Assembly (NCBI GenBank): GCA_951406725.2
Contig: OX597817.1
Location: 20,708,001 to 20,772,000, forward strand
Length of the DNA stretch: 64,000 nt
Reading direction: 5' to 3'
Source of the DNA: Octopus vulgaris
Taxonomy: Eukaryota
Part shown: positions 1 through 14,033 of the stretch, in pieces
Layout: the number at the start of each line of letters is the position of its first letter
How positions within the stretch are numbered: position 1 is the stretch's first letter
The notes under the pieces: generated by a model
Told to the model about the DNA's origin: nothing
The model's database searches: none
What the model saw: only the letters and a program-made list of their open reading frames with translations
Program-made: the position numbers and the translations under genes

Positions 1-93
1 TGTATGTGTGAATGGCTTCAGTCACACACACACACACACTCACACGAGCATTTATTCGTACAAAACAGATGCATGCGATGTGTGTGTTGACCG

Positions 94-140
<47 letters not shown>

Positions 141-144
<4 letters not shown>

Positions 145-352
145 AAAAACTTACATGGAGAAGAGAAATAACGCGTGCGTTCGGTCGAAACACGCATTGA
201 GTCAAACAAGGGACAGCTGATGAAGGGGGAATTTTCCTAGTATTGTTTATCCTGTTCTCTGTTTTTTCATTGTTTAAAAAATGTCTGTTTCCTTGTTTGA
301 TTTTATGTTTTCGTCTCTCGTTGTGTTCTACGTTTATTTGTGGTGTCCTGTA

Positions 353-436
<84 letters not shown>

Positions 437-530
437 TTATATATATATATATAAATATATATATATATGCATGTATATATACATGCAGATGTAAGTATGT
501 ACATATATGTATGTATATATGCATTTATTT
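141..530. mobile_element. Dispersed repeat fragment, probably a Penelope-like terminal repeat (pLTR), embedded in (TA)n
   Basis: Clear similarity to 46540-46780 (cgaaacacgc...ctg(g)atgaagggga...ggtgtcctgtac...gcatgtatatatacatg.agatgta). Flanked and interrupted by (TA)n. The PLE assignment is inference. Confidence 0.5.
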
Positions 531-544
531 TATTTATATTATAT

Positions 545-917
545 ATATATATATAAAGCTGAAGTTGTCTGTGTATGGCAGGTTTGGTAGCCTTCAACTA
601 ATACTATCTCCTCCGAGACCTGCGGTGCAAGTTGACCAAAATTGAGAGTATGATAGAAGAAACCCAGCTCTTCCTGCCATCGGACCATGTTAACACCAAA
701 AATTATTTACATCAAGAAGGTGCTTTTTTTTCTATGAAAATCCCTATTTTGTTTACGATTTTTTGACTGCTGTGTCGCCATTTGTTGGTGCATTTCAACC
801 GGTAAAATGTTCACTTAAAAAGAATAGCAAGTTACATAATACAACATTTTTACTTTTCAGAAATTCCAATTCTGAAGGATCGAAACAAACCCGATCAACG
901 CTGGGCGATACTGCTAG
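545..917 (+). mobile_element. Non-autonomous Helitron-like element
   Basis: 3' end cccgatcaacgctgggcgatactgCTAG|T (subterminal hairpin plus CTAG followed by T), matching the ends at 32381 and 37674. The 5' tatataaag..gttgt is obscured by (TA)n. Confidence 0.65.
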
Positions 918-1378
918 TTATTATTATTTTCTAATATTATTTTTATCTAGTATTACTAGTAGTAGTAGTAGTAGTAGTGGTAGTAATAGGTGGAGAAGGA
1001 GGGGGAGGAATGTGAGGAGGAGAAAGAGGAAGGGAGGAGAAAGTAAAGGGAATGAATTGAAAGGAGAGAATGAGTGACATGTGTAGCAGCATTAGTTGAG
1101 ATATAGATGCTAGTGTTGAATAAACTTGTTAGTATTGGGATTGATACAAGAAAAAAAAATGACTATCAGTTTTCTGTAAATATGATTGTGTGACTGATAT
1201 TTAATTCAATCACGAATGCACTAAGTCACCTAAATGTTTTCCTCAGTTAAATAGAAAACTTAAAACATGCAACTGGAAACTAATACTTTACATTTTAATT
1301 TTTAATTAAAATAACGTCTCTAAATGTTACTGTATGCATGTATGTAGGTTTATATTTACGTGTCTATATACGAATATG

Positions 1379-1427
<49 letters not shown>

Positions 1428-2521
1428 ATGTGTGGAAGAGCGTGTGTATGTTGTATGAGAAATGGACGCAGACGTATATAAAAAATACATACATATACAT
1501 TTAAAAACAACCTCAAGCACACATTCATATGAACACGTACATAGCGCCAGGACACGCTATGATAAAGACAGGTTTTTGCAGGTGCCATGCACATCTATAC
1601 ATAAAGTTTATTTAATTAATAAAATTATTAATGCCATAACAGGCTTTTGATTCAAAGTTATACTACGCAAGATATCTATAGATTTTAAGACGCCATCCTT
1701 TATGTAGTTAGATGTAAATGTGCTCTCTAAGAAATGAGAGTACTGGGAACATAGTTAATTTCCAACAGGTATTTACGTACACAACTTGTATAAAGGTGCA
1801 TGTATATATTTGATGTGTGTACTTCTCAGATATATATGTCGGTACCTATTTGCTCTGATAAACATGGCCATTCATTTACGTGCATATACATACACACACG
1901 CACATACACACGCATATGCACATATATATAGAAAGAGTAAGAGAGAAAGAGAGATGCATATAGATATACATACATGCATATATGTGCGTCCGTCGTGCTA
2001 CAAAAATGATTTTACATTAAAATGCAGGATTGCTAAATAATTTTTGTACAGTACATTTTTATTATTCTCTAAAAGGAAGATATTAACGGTGACCTTAGCT
2101 GAAGCCTTATCATCAGTCCAACAGTTCGAAACTTCGAAGTTCCTACCAAATCTATTTTTAAAAAGAAATAATATACATAAACGAATGGTGGATAAACGAA
2201 ATCTCTTACAAAAGGAAATGAATAATGCGATTAAAAATATAAGTATAGGAATGAAATCTTGAACATGAGCATGCATTTTAAAAATTCCTTTTATAAATAC
2301 TTTTGCTTTGTTATGTTTATGAATTTATGTTGTAAGATTGATTATGTGGATCCGTGAATTGAAACTTATACTATTTTTATATCGAGATGGTCATTTGTGT
2401 TTCCTTTTTTTTACCAAATAAACACATCCACTATATTTTCGTTCTTTAATTGTTTATTTCTGTCCTTATTTAAACTCAAGTCCATTGTCAATCTTTCGTC
2501 ACACATTTGTAACCTTTTCAG

Positions 2522-2637
2522 CGGCACATTCCATGTGTGCTCCTGTTCCACTTAGACCATTCCCAGGGAATGGATTAAGCAAAGCAGGAGCACACACGAA
2601 GACAGAAATTGCCGCTGAATTGTTCACAGATGTGTAA
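2522..2637 (+). CDS. Possible 3'-terminal coding exon of a host gene: ..AHSMCAPVPLRPFPGNGLSKAGAHTKTEIAAELFTDV*
   Basis: Acceptor ttgtaaccttttcAG at 2520-2521, non-repetitive and less AT-rich open frame to TAA at 2635-2637, C-terminal T-D-V class I PDZ-binding motif. No upstream exons identified in the window. Confidence 0.4.
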
Positions 2638-3869
2638 CGAAAGATTTCCAGGCAATGGAAAATCAAAGAAGAAGAGTAATAAGATTTTACTTCATTTCTC
2701 GCAAAAGTTTGGAAATTTACTTGTTTCATTCTTCAAGTTATGACAAAAACACCCAGCATTGAAATTAAAGGCTATCATGTTGTACAGTTGGAAGCTATCG
2801 TTTTGCCAGGTTAACATGATTTTGCGGGTTACAATAATAAGTCAAAGGGAACTTTTCACTAATAACATGAAACCTCACATCAATGCAACTCGTCCTCAAA
2901 TAATTCATTTTCTTGAAAAATTTGAGCGTTACCAATCCGAAGATGATTTTTGTATATACACACGAAGAAACGATATGTGAAAACTAAAAAAATTCGTGTG
3001 TTTTATTTCGGTCACTCTCAACAAAGATTATGGTTAAACAAAAATGAGGATAAAAATCGAAAATCTTACAGCAAATTATTAATAACCTTTCATTAAAATG
3101 CCGGGTCAATTTTTGTCATTGTTGAAACAACATTGCATTTTATTTTATCTCACCACTTCATCGGTAACTGATGTAAGTTCACATTTTGTACCATAGTGAT
3201 CTACATATAAATTGCTAATGTTTATTGAAACGAATCGCTGATGCCCTACACTCGAGCATTACGTTGTATTGAAAATATTGCTTATTTTGTAATTAACTGA
3301 TTTGTTTATGATACGACATTGACTAATTGCATTTGTTTATTGTACTACCATGCAATCATCACGTTATTCACACTTCCAAGGAATTATTTCAAAGTCATTA
3401 TAAACTAGATGATTCTGTAGGTGCATATCTAAGTAAATCTCTGCGTTTGTGAATATGCATGATTGTATGTGCCAATGTGTGTGAATCCGTACACGTTTCC
3501 ATATATGTTGAGGAGAAAAAATGTGTATAAATCGTGTATTGTTTTCGTCTATATGCATGCTTTCTTATATATATGTGTGTGTGTATTGTTTTCCTTTAAT
3601 GCATAAAGAATGTTTATTGTATATCTATTTTCGTATTTATATACACCTGGGTAAATATGGTCTTATCTAATTACTTTCATATATGTGTTTATATATATAG
3701 AGGGGTGTGCGTATATGTGTTTATGTAAACTGCATAAACACAAATATATAGGTAATACACACATAGCCACACACAAGCATATATATACATATTCATGATA
3801 CATAAAAATCAATATATATATATGTGTGTGTGTGCGTGTGTGTGTGTTTGTGTTTGTGTGTGTATAGTT

Positions 3870-4062
3870 TTTTTTACTTGTTTCAGTCATTTGATTTCGG
3901 CCAAGCTTGAATACCGCCTTTAGTGGAGCATATCGACCCCAGGACTTGTTCTTTTTAAGCCAAGTACTTATTCTACTGGTTTCATTTGCCGAATCGCTAA
4001 GTTACGGGGACGTAAGCAAGTCGAAATCGGTTTTTAAGCGATGGTTGCGGACAGAGACACAC
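3870..4062 (-). mobile_element. SINE family B, 3' fragment
   Basis: Reverse complement of the 3' half of 24311-24798 (ttacttgtttcagtcatttga...gccgaatcgctaagttacggggacgtaa). Confidence 0.75.
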
Positions 4063-4339
4063 AAATACATACGTATACACACGTATATATATGTATACAC
4101 ATACGGAAAGAAATAAGATGAAAAACCACCGAAAATTTCTTTTACAAGGCTAAATAATATATTAGAATCATAATAGAAAAGTATTACCTTCCAAAATAAT
4201 AACCAGTTTCGCTATTGCTTTTCAAATTTTGAATTTTGGATGTAATTCTGAATTAGACATTTTGTATGCTAGGAGGGAAAATTGGTAACCAAGGTATTTT
4301 TCAGTAAAGGGGAGGTACATCTGTAATCTTTTATATATT

Positions 4340-5100
4340 GGAACACAACCAAGAGGAACTGTCATTCCTAGACATATTGGTTATTATTTTTTTTAAATTG
4401 AAACAGACATTTTTTACAAAACCAAAGACTCTAAACAGTATCTATTATTTGGTCATTCCACCAGAGACATATCAAAACAAATAACTCCTTGAACCGTGCA
4501 ACAAGGATCTGCACCAGAGTGTTCGAAAAAGATACCAGAGAACTAAGATAGCAAGATCTTAAAAACGTCCTTCAGGACAGACACTACTCAACACAACTCA
4601 CAAATGAAAGGATCATACATTACATAAAAACATTATATTAAGAAAAGTCGAACACAATAACACATCTACTCTAAAAGCACTAACTTATGTTTACACATAC
4701 GACCCCAGAAACAAAGAAGCCTTTAACATCATTGTCCAAAATCTTCCAATACTTCATAAGGACCCCAACCTGAAGGGAATTTTACGTATTTGTAATGATT
4801 ATTAAAAGCAGTAAACAACCAAAGACATTAAAGAAGATCCTCACAAATACTAAAATTTAAGAATAACGGATGCAAGGGTAACAATGTATGGTCGTCCTAA
4901 CTGCGCAACATGCCCCAATCTTTTGGACAGATCAGAATTCTATTTTAGACGAGAGCGAACATTTCAAATTTAAATCCAACTTCACTTGCAACTTTGGAAA
5001 TCCCATTTATGTAATTAGATGTTTGAGCTGCCATAAAAACTATATAGGATCGACATAAATGTCGATCAGACTAAGATGTACAATCCACAGGCATCAGAAC
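4340..5100 (+). pseudogene. Penelope-like element relic: RT thumb plus GIY-YIG endonuclease, frameshifted
   Basis: Manual translation gives EELSFLDILV...IETDIFYKTKDSKQYLLF...HIKTN.SLNRATRICT...LTYVYTYDPRNK...GRPNCATCP...FTCN...NPIYVIRCLSCHKNYIGST...TIHRHQ, the typical PLE thumb / Zn-linker / GIY-YIG motif order. Confidence 0.85.
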
Positions 5101-5205
5101 TGGACGGCAATGTATGGTAATAAAATTTCATTTTCTCCATATATATCAATTAACAGACTGAGATAGAAAATCCAAGGCTCTGAGAGTTTTCAGAACAGTT
5201 ATAAA

Positions 5206-5258
5206 GCGATTTTACAGCTGTTTCCGGGATATTTTATATATCCCTCCATCAGAGACGG
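5206..5258 (-). ncRNA. Degenerate type I hammerhead ribozyme motif (PLE-associated)
   Basis: Minus strand: gtct-CTGATGG-a-GGGATAT-ataaa-ATATCCC-g-GAAA-CAGCTG-TA. Perfect 7-bp stem II, palindromic stem III; core A9 substituted and stem I decayed. Confidence 0.6.
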
Positions 5259-8200
5259 TGCGAGAAAATGCTTAAGTAATAGTTATTATAGAGAAGATGT
5301 GAAATACAAACTGAAGTGGAGGAGTGAAAACAGAGACGTGAGTTACGTAAGGATATTGCATCTGCAGTCCTATTTTTAAGCAGATCAGAATGGTGTATAC
5401 GTAAGTTTCCTGTAACTTGTGTGTGAGTTCCAATAGTGTTTATAATTGGTCATTTCAAGCATAGAGTCTTCTAAACGGTGTCATTCGATCGAAGGGTTTT
5501 TTGAACTGACTTAAAAGTTGGGAATGTGTTTGTAAAGTCAAATCAAAAACAGGAAGAGAGAAAAAAGAGGGAGTGTGACAAAGAAATGAAGAAAGCGAAG
5601 GTGTACTAGCTAGTGACCAGGCTAAAACGATAGAAGGAATGAAGAGGAGAGGGTGAGAGAGAGAGAGGAAGAGATGAGAGGGTAAAGAGATGAGAGTTTA
5701 AAGAGTAAAGGAGGGTGAGGTATATTGTGATAGAGCTTAAGGGTTGGGCAGAGAGAATGGGGGTAGGTGTAGTAAAATTGAGGTGGAATGAAGAATTAGG
5801 AATATAAGTTAAGTTGCGTAAAAGAACAGGTTAGTGATGAGTAGTAGAATATATATCTGTAAAGATGTATATACACGTACGTATCCTTACATGTATATAT
5901 ACATTTACATACATCAACACATGTATACGCATACAAGACTCTGGTATGTTACATGTATTTACGTATATACACTAATTTCTATATATATATGAATTCTTGC
6001 TTACATAGATGCATGCGTGTGTGCGTGTGTGTCTGTATACACTCAAATTTTATGCACCTGTGCATATTTGCCTACCTATACTTAAATAGAACTGCAATTA
6101 CAATCAAAAATATAAACCATCTTCGTAAAATTAGCGTAAATATATTCTTTCTCTACAAAGTGGATACTTCTAATACAGAATTGATTGGAAGATTTTTTAG
6201 ATTATATTGTATCTGATACACCATAGAGGAGCAAAGATTAGCTTTAAAGTTTCACCCTATGATGCACTTTTCAATAACTGAATTAGTTCTCGTAGCCTAT
6301 TCTTTTATTATTTTATTCCTTTACTTGTTTCAGTCATCTGATTGCAGCCATGCTGGAGCACTGCCTTTATTATATGGATATAAATATTTCGTTTATTTCA
6401 AAGTAAATTTTATATTACTTCACTATTAGATAATTGCATGTAAATCTGTAATCATACTTCTGCATATAAAGTACAAAAATAATTTTAATAACTGGAACTT
6501 TTAACCAATGAATTTCTTGTATAAAAAGGAAATGTAAGTGCAATCGCCATATTACACAGCAAAGTATCAGAAGAGTAATTTTGCGTATGTATTATGTCCT
6601 CCGGAGGTTATAAAAAAATTGATTTATAAAATATATGAAGTGAAAAGAATAATAATTCAAAAGCGTATGTTTCCATTTTGATTTTCTTTCTTCAACTGCA
6701 CGCTTTATTATTTACCTCATTTAGGAGGCAATGATTTTTTATTCATCGCTGCCGCTGACATACATATTCGTTTTAATCCAATCGTTTTCAAGTGTCGTAT
6801 TACTTCATGCTATTTTTCAGTCATAGAGTGCAGTAAGATGTGTTCTTTACATATGGCAATTATTATATTGACTTTGCAGAGCGACTTTCTGGTAGCATTT
6901 TATGTGTTATGCTTAATACACTAATACATTACTAGTTTCAGTCGTTAGACTGCAGCCATGCATAGCCACCGCCTTGAAGAATTTTTGTCGAATAAATCGA
7001 CCACAATACTGATTATATACTTTCAAGCCTTGTACTTCTTCGACTTAAAAAATAGATCTAACAATGTAAATATAATCAGTCGCACATAGAAGCAATAATT
7101 TTACATTGGGGATATGCACCTGGTCGTATGCTGCTTAAGCCTCGTTTCATCAACAGTATGGATTCAGATGCAACTGAGTTTACTTCAATAATTCTTTCGT
7201 GTCTTTAGAGTAAATGAAATACGAAAATAAGTTAAGTAAATGGAACCCACGTGGCCCTTTATTATTCCCCGCGATGTTTTTGCACCATCCTGCATTGGTA
7301 CCTCGAGTGTGAGAGTACAAAATTTGTGGTGCATTTTTGGAGCAGGTTTGTCTCGTCAGATAACGTTTCATAAAGTACCTCGTTTATTTACCTCCGTTTC
7401 ACTATTTCGATTAGAACAAACATTAGTAGTTGTCGATTGCTACTCATATACACGATTAATAATAAATTCTCTTATATTCCATCACCCTTGTTTCATTTGC
7501 CACACGCATACACACACACACACCCACACCCACACAAACACTCTAACACACACATACACATACATATATTTAAATCTCAACATAAGGATTCAAGACATCC
7601 GGTAGTACTAAAAATACGTTAATGTATCATTCTACAAATCATATAAAATATTTAATACGATACAAGAGAAAAACATATATATTAAGTTATGAATGACGAG
7701 AGAAACACTACGTTGAAACATAATTCACCAATGTTAAATATATTTATTAATACTACAGACACATTAATTAATAGTAACCAGGAGGAGCACTTAAATGTTT
7801 ACGCAAACATGATAGGGCTTTTAAGGGAAGTAAGGATAATTCTAGATAGCCAACAACCCAGCAGGAATTAAACTTCATGTGGAAAATGGAATAACATAAC
7901 CTAACATTACAATATTTAATAACAATCATCAAAAAAAAAAGTGGAACAAATACACTACCCAACTTATAACACGAATTCTGAGCCACCCAAGCAAAAATGA
8001 ATTTAAACAAACATGAATCCTCAATATAAGCACTACACTTGAAATCAAAAACATAAAACATGCATTCATTATAACCAAAACAAATAAAAGACAACAAAAT
8101 CATCGACCTTGATCTATTTTAGAACAAGCCTTAAATTCAGCCAGTGACTGGGCTGAAGTTGAGGCCAGGAGTACATAATTATAAATAATATCTCTCACAT

Positions 8201-8361
8201 CCCGTACAACACTAGCTCAAATTTACTTCTCACAGTTCACTTTTAGGATCACCAAATGGACGAGCACTGACGAATCTGCGTTGAAAATAACCAAAGATTA
8301 CATCAGAGAGAAGTGACTGTAGCAGAAAAACGTGTTGGTCAATATGATATGATGTATTTGT

Positions 8362-8772
8362 ATTTTTTACTTCTTTCAGACATTTGACTGCGGTTATGCT
8401 GGAGTAACGCATTTAGTCGAACAAATCGAACCCAGGAATCTATGAGCTTACTACTTATTCTATCGGTATATTTAAGCCGAACTGTTAAGTTACGGGACGC
8501 ATATACACCCACATTCGTTGTCAAGCGGTGGTGGGAGGACAAATAGGAAAACACGAATACATACGCACATAGATACACACACACACGCACACACATACAT
8601 ATATATATGACAGGATTCTTTAAGTTACGATCTACCAAATCCATTCGCAAGGCTGTGGTCGACCCGAGGCTATAGTAGAAAACAATTACCCAAATTGGCA
8701 CGCAGTGGGACTGAATCCGGAAGCATGTAGATTCGACGGAAGCTTCTAAGAACACAGCCATTTTTGCTCCTG
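8362..8772 (-). mobile_element. SINE family B, near full length
   Basis: Colinear reverse complement of 24311-24798, including the internal (CA/TA)n. Confidence 0.85.
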
Positions 8773-8870
8773 TATATAACCATAAAATAGATTTTTTTAT
8801 GTACTACAAGTCACCATACACTTTATTGTTATTAATATATATAATAAACCTTCTTGTTATTTGTACACCT

Positions 8871-8937
<67 letters not shown>

Positions 8938-8945
8938 CATACACA

Positions 8946-9322
8946 CAGGTCGCAAAAATGACGGTGGGTGCTGATTAGCACCGCTTTTGCTACAATGAGA
9001 GTTAGATTAAGTCTAAAGTTACTAAAGCACTACATCAACCCCTCGCAATATCACGGTTCACCTATAGCGTTTTATTATTTAAGCTTGCGTCGATGCCTCT
9101 GTGGTGTTGTTTTACGTTTATAATAAAATGAATAAATAAATACAAATTATGAAAATAATAAAAAGAAAACATACACTACAGTACTCTTTCTACTTCATCG
9201 CGGGTGCTTTTGGAACGTAACACCCGCGATAGACGAGAGATTAATGTCAACTATATGACTGACAAAAGGAGGTAAATCTCTAGCGTACACAGCCGTATAG
9301 TTTTCCGTCACTTTTGTGACCG
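8946..9322. mobile_element. MITE with ~19-bp imperfect TIRs containing a nested Tigger/pogo-like palindromic fragment
   Basis: caggtcgcaaaaatgacgg ... ccgtcacttttgtgaccg. Internal atcgcgggtg...cacccgcgat inverted repeat at ~9197-9231. A related decayed piece lies at ~28600-28655. Confidence 0.5.
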
Positions 9323-9708
9323 CTATTAATTTTTCCTTTAGGTTCTCATTGCGAATAAGCCATCTACATATCGGTGGTTGTTTCTGGTGACATGCACAAA
9401 TACGTGGAAATGTACATACAATAAGTCACAATTTCAATATCATTATATAACGTGGGTTCAGAGAATAAGGAAATAGTTCATTGAAGAAATATTTAATTAG
9501 CCCCTATTTTATTGCGAAAAAATTAAAGCCTTAGTCTGAGTTTGTATATCACTAGTCTTTCGGGGGATCTTTTAACAACCTTAGCATTGCTCACTAAACT
9601 TCATGTGGTGACATGCATATCTACATGGATAATTGCATACAAATAGGTACAATCTCAGCCTCTTGCTATGCAGTCGGTTCTGAAAATAAATCACAGTACA
9701 TACAAATA

Positions 9709-10013
9709 GTGGAGGCGCAATGGCCCAGTGGTTAGCGCAGCGGACTCGCGGTCGTAGGATCGCGGTTTCGATTCCCAGACCGGGCGTTGTGAGTGTTTAT
9801 TGAGCGAAAACATCTAAAAGCTCCACGAGGATCCGGCAGGGGGTTGTGATCCCTGCTGTACTCCTTCACCACTCTTTCACCCACTCTTTCTTCTGTTGGC
9901 CTGCTCGCTTAGCCAGCGAAGTGGCATCATTCCAAGGCTAAAACAATGCGAACCCAATGTGACCAGCGATGTGTAACAACATCTGATGGCCTGCTCGGTC
10001 ACGCGATCACGTG
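9709..10013 (+). mobile_element. tRNA-derived SINE family A (tail type 1)
   Basis: Head gtggaggcgcaatggcccagtggttag...ggtttcgattcc with A/B boxes; 11-bp TSD acatacaaata at 9698-9708 and 10014-10024. Confidence 0.9.
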
Positions 10014-10859
10014 ACATACAAATAACGTTTTTTGTCAGTGTATTTCTACCGGAGTAGAGATTTAGCTAGCAGCATATAAATACTGACAACCCTTGATAAT
10101 TAATTAATTACCAATACTATATTGTGAAATGTAAATTACAGTTTATAGTTTTATTATCTTAGTCTTTTAGGGCAGTTGTTAGTAATCCCTTCGCTGCTCA
10201 ATAAGATGCATAGGGATTCCTTCGACCTTCATCTGCACTTTCTAGAGAAGGTATCACATGAGTGTGCATGCTTTATTATTATACAATTCTTAGTATATTT
10301 TAATTAATTTCTTGTAATTTACATATAAGTTCGGCTAGTGATGTTGAATTTCTCGTTAGTTTCGTTGAAATTAGTGACATGTTTGTGTAGTATGTGGCGA
10401 TGCACATGTGCAAGTATGAACGTAATATTTATTAAGTTATCCTTAAGTATGCGTGTTCTGTGCATGATTGTATTATAAGAATTGGTGTCCTTCAAAAAAT
10501 ATTTCAAGTATCATAAATACATTGGTTTCAGTTTTTGCTGTTACACAGGACAGAAATCGGAAATATTGCGTTACCGTATTCATGCGCTGTTTTCTATTTG
10601 GCGTTTGAACTTTATCAATTCAAATTACACAACTTACTTGAAGTTTAGTCTTCATAAGAAATAATGAATGTTATTGAATTTTATAAGGATAGAATTAAGG
10701 AATAGTGGAATACACAAAGAAAATATTTTGATCCTGCAATGCATTCGCATTTCCGAAAAATACCATTACACTTAATGTCAACAATATATCTATTACAGCA
10801 TATACCATTGAGATAAGTTCTGATACTTCATCCTTTAAGATGTACCTACTAGAAGAAAT

Positions 10860-11249
10860 GTGGAGGCGCAATGGCCCAGTGGTTAGGGCAGTGGACTCGT
10901 GGTCATAGGATCGCGGTTTCGATTCCCAGACCGGGCGTTGTGAGTGTTTATTGATCGGAAACACCTAAAAGCTCCACGAGGCTCCGGCAGGGGATGGCGG
11001 TGATCCCTGCTGTACTCTTTCACCACAACTTTCTCTCACTCTTACTTCCTGTTTCTGTTGTACCTGTATTTGAAAGGGCCGGCCTTGTCACTCTCTGTGT
11101 CACGCTGAATATCCCCGAGAACTACGTTAAGGGTACACGTGTCTGTGGAGTGCTCAGCCACTTACACGTTAATTTCACGAGCAGGCTGTTCCGTTGATCA
11201 ACCGGATCAACCGGAACCCTGGTCGTCGTAACCGACGGTGTGCTTCCAC
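10860..11249 (+). mobile_element. tRNA-derived SINE family A (tail type 2)
   Basis: Same head as 9709; TSD agaagaaatgt at 10851-10861 and 11250-11260; nearly identical to 17463-17852. Confidence 0.92.
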
Positions 11250-13840
11250 AGAAGAAATGTATTCAAATGGAAACTGGAGATGCGAAACTATGTTATGTAG
11301 TTGTATCTGTAGTTAATAACAGGTTAGCTCTAGGTTAACGACTTCATGAGGAAGGACATTCCAGGCTTAGCAATAATATCCTCATCTAGAAACATGTTGT
11401 GCCTTTCTAACACTTTCGCGGTTTTTTAAGATGATATGCGTCTTTTTAGTAAAATTTTGTTACGAAGTATAGTAAATCAATCAATACCATATTGCTTAGA
11501 TTGTTGGTCTGGCTAGTTCACATGTTTGACTCATACATTTTATACTTCTTTATGTTAGATGCTTTTGACTGAAAGCCAGAAATATATTTGGTGACAGAAC
11601 GTCTTTGAATTCCAATGATATGTATTCATTATAGCCAGAATTGTAGCATATTATGTAAAATAGTATAATCCACTGTTGACGAAGATAATTCACTTACAGT
11701 CAATCAAAATGCAACTTTGCAACGTATATCTTTAACCTGTGTTCTATTATTCTTTGGCGTTTGCAAGTGCCACCGTGCTATTATATAATATTATTCAACG
11801 GTGTAATCTATAATATGGGATTATGCGTAATTAGATTTTAAAATATAGACGACATCATAATCCTCGTGTACTGAATAGCATTCAGTCGGGACAGACAAGT
11901 TGCTAGATAAGTGGGATTTTCTACTAATGCATTGATAAATTTGAAAAGATTATTAGCCATGTGATTTTGTAGAACTCCGAGAGTTGTTGAAGCAAGTGAC
12001 GTAAATACTCGGATCTATGATTTGGTGCAGTAGCAAAGCTCAAATCAATATACCGAAATATCGTTGAAACAGAGGCTTTGTTTGCCTGGTTGCAACAGAG
12101 ACAACCTACACTCCCAGTCCGTGGTTGGCTTGCGTTGTAAATTCGGACTACAGATTAAATTCATTGTTTCATTAAATACGATATGTCCAAAATTAATCTT
12201 AAGGAAATGGAATTCATATGCGATAATAGTTCTGAATGTACCGAATTATATTCATGAAACAAACTACAAGTTTGTTTAAGCTTTTATGCTTGAATATGGA
12301 TTACTGTTGTAATAAACAATTAACATGCATGAAAGAATGTCAAACTCTTTAAAAATAATCTCTATGAATTCCTCATGCGCTACCACACTTGCATTAAACA
12401 AGAGATATAAGCAATATTCATGACACTGATATCAGCCCAACACATAAACTAACTGTGTTTATCGTAAAAGAAACAGTACAGTGTAGGCCTACAAACTTCA
12501 CACAAACATGCATATGTTTTATTACAATTGACACTGCCAGTAATCTATTTTACCAGGAGATTATTTATAATTTTGTATTAAATATTTTGATAATATTTCC
12601 AGATGTGGCTCCAATATGTTGGATTAATATTTTCCATTCAGTTTAAAGTTAAATCTAGGAAATAGATGGTTTGAAAGTGACATCAACTAAGTATTTTAAA
12701 TTTGAATATGCCACAAGGAATATTTGAGTTGACTTCTGTTAACTTCACGTACATTTTTGTATGACAAATGTATGAATATGTGTATTTGAAACTGATACAT
12801 GGAAGTCACATGAACGTCTACACCAAGATCTATTATAAATAGGTAATGTGAACTAGAATCTCATTTAAATTTCAAAATCATTTACAAGGAGAATTTGTGA
12901 AACGGCAAAAATTAGAACATAGCAATATTTAAATTTGAAAAGGCATTGCTGATAAAACGCATTAAAAAACGATTAAAAATTGTTTTAAAATGTTTAAAAA
13001 ATTGATTTATATAATCGAAATAAATAGAATATTGAGGAAATAGTTTAAATAATCGAATAGCTTTCATGGACTATAATTATTGACCACTCTATTTGGCATT
13101 TAATTTTTCGTTCCTTCAATCTCCATATTAGTCTGCTAGTGAATTTAGGTATCGTCAGTTTATCTTTCGGAATAATGAGATATAGTTGCGATAACGAAAC
13201 TTAAGTTGGTTTTTTCTGAGGCACCTATATAGGCGCATTTGTGTTGTGCTTTGGTGATTATGCATTTGTGTAATTTGATTTTTTGAACACATTGATTCAT
13301 GAGCGGATATGAGGATATCTTGCGACAGGTGCAGTTATTTATACCATTATTATTTTCGTATTCAGCAGGTGAGTTTTTGTTTTTGTAATGTTCTGTTTGA
13401 ATGTCAGTGTATGAAGCGTTCTTGGTGTGGCATTCCGTATTGAGGATTTTTTAAAGATTTTCTTTTTATTTTATTGCAATCGTCGAGGACGTTATCTAAG
13501 TTTTTGCTGATCTTTTCTCTGTTTTTTGTTGTTATTATAACCTTTGTTGTTTTGATATGTTTGTTCATTTTCTGCAGATTTTGTCACCATGTCCTTATTT
13601 TCTGTTGTTGTATTTCTGTATGTAGTAAATACAGAAATGTGATTTTCCTATTGTTCTATTATGTATGTAGTACTCCATGTACGTAGTGGTCCATGTTATT
13701 TTATGTATGTAGTACTCCATATTATTTTTCTATTGTAGTCTCGATGTATGTAACACTCAAAAAAGTGCCAAGAAAGAATGCAACATGTGGAACACTTCAG
13801 ATACTGACAATATAATAGAGCATTACTAAAGCAAAAACAA

Positions 13841-13841
<1 letters not shown>

Positions 13842-13912
<71 letters not shown>

Positions 13913-13914
13913 AA

Positions 13915-14008
<94 letters not shown>
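13842..14008. repeat. (AAT)n microsatellite
   Basis: Direct reading. Confidence 0.95.
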
Positions 14009-14033
14009 TAAATAATTGGCCAACGAAAATCAA

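Noticed and set aside
210-245. ggacag-CTGATGA-agggga in the pLTR-like repeat
   Set aside because: No downstream GAAA/stem III, so a full hammerhead cannot be threaded.
12-645. ORFs rich in YI/HT/CV repeats here and throughout the window
   Set aside because: They are translations of (TA)n/(CA)n microsatellites, which lack stop codons; not genes.
7560-8240. A-rich stretch resembling decayed retroelement coding sequence (also ~13100-13650, ~31200-31620, ~58780-59560)
   Set aside because: No unambiguous RT or endonuclease motif recovered.
9709-9785. tRNA-like cloverleaf here and at other SINE heads
   Set aside because: Continues into a SINE body flanked by TSDs; not a functional tRNA gene.
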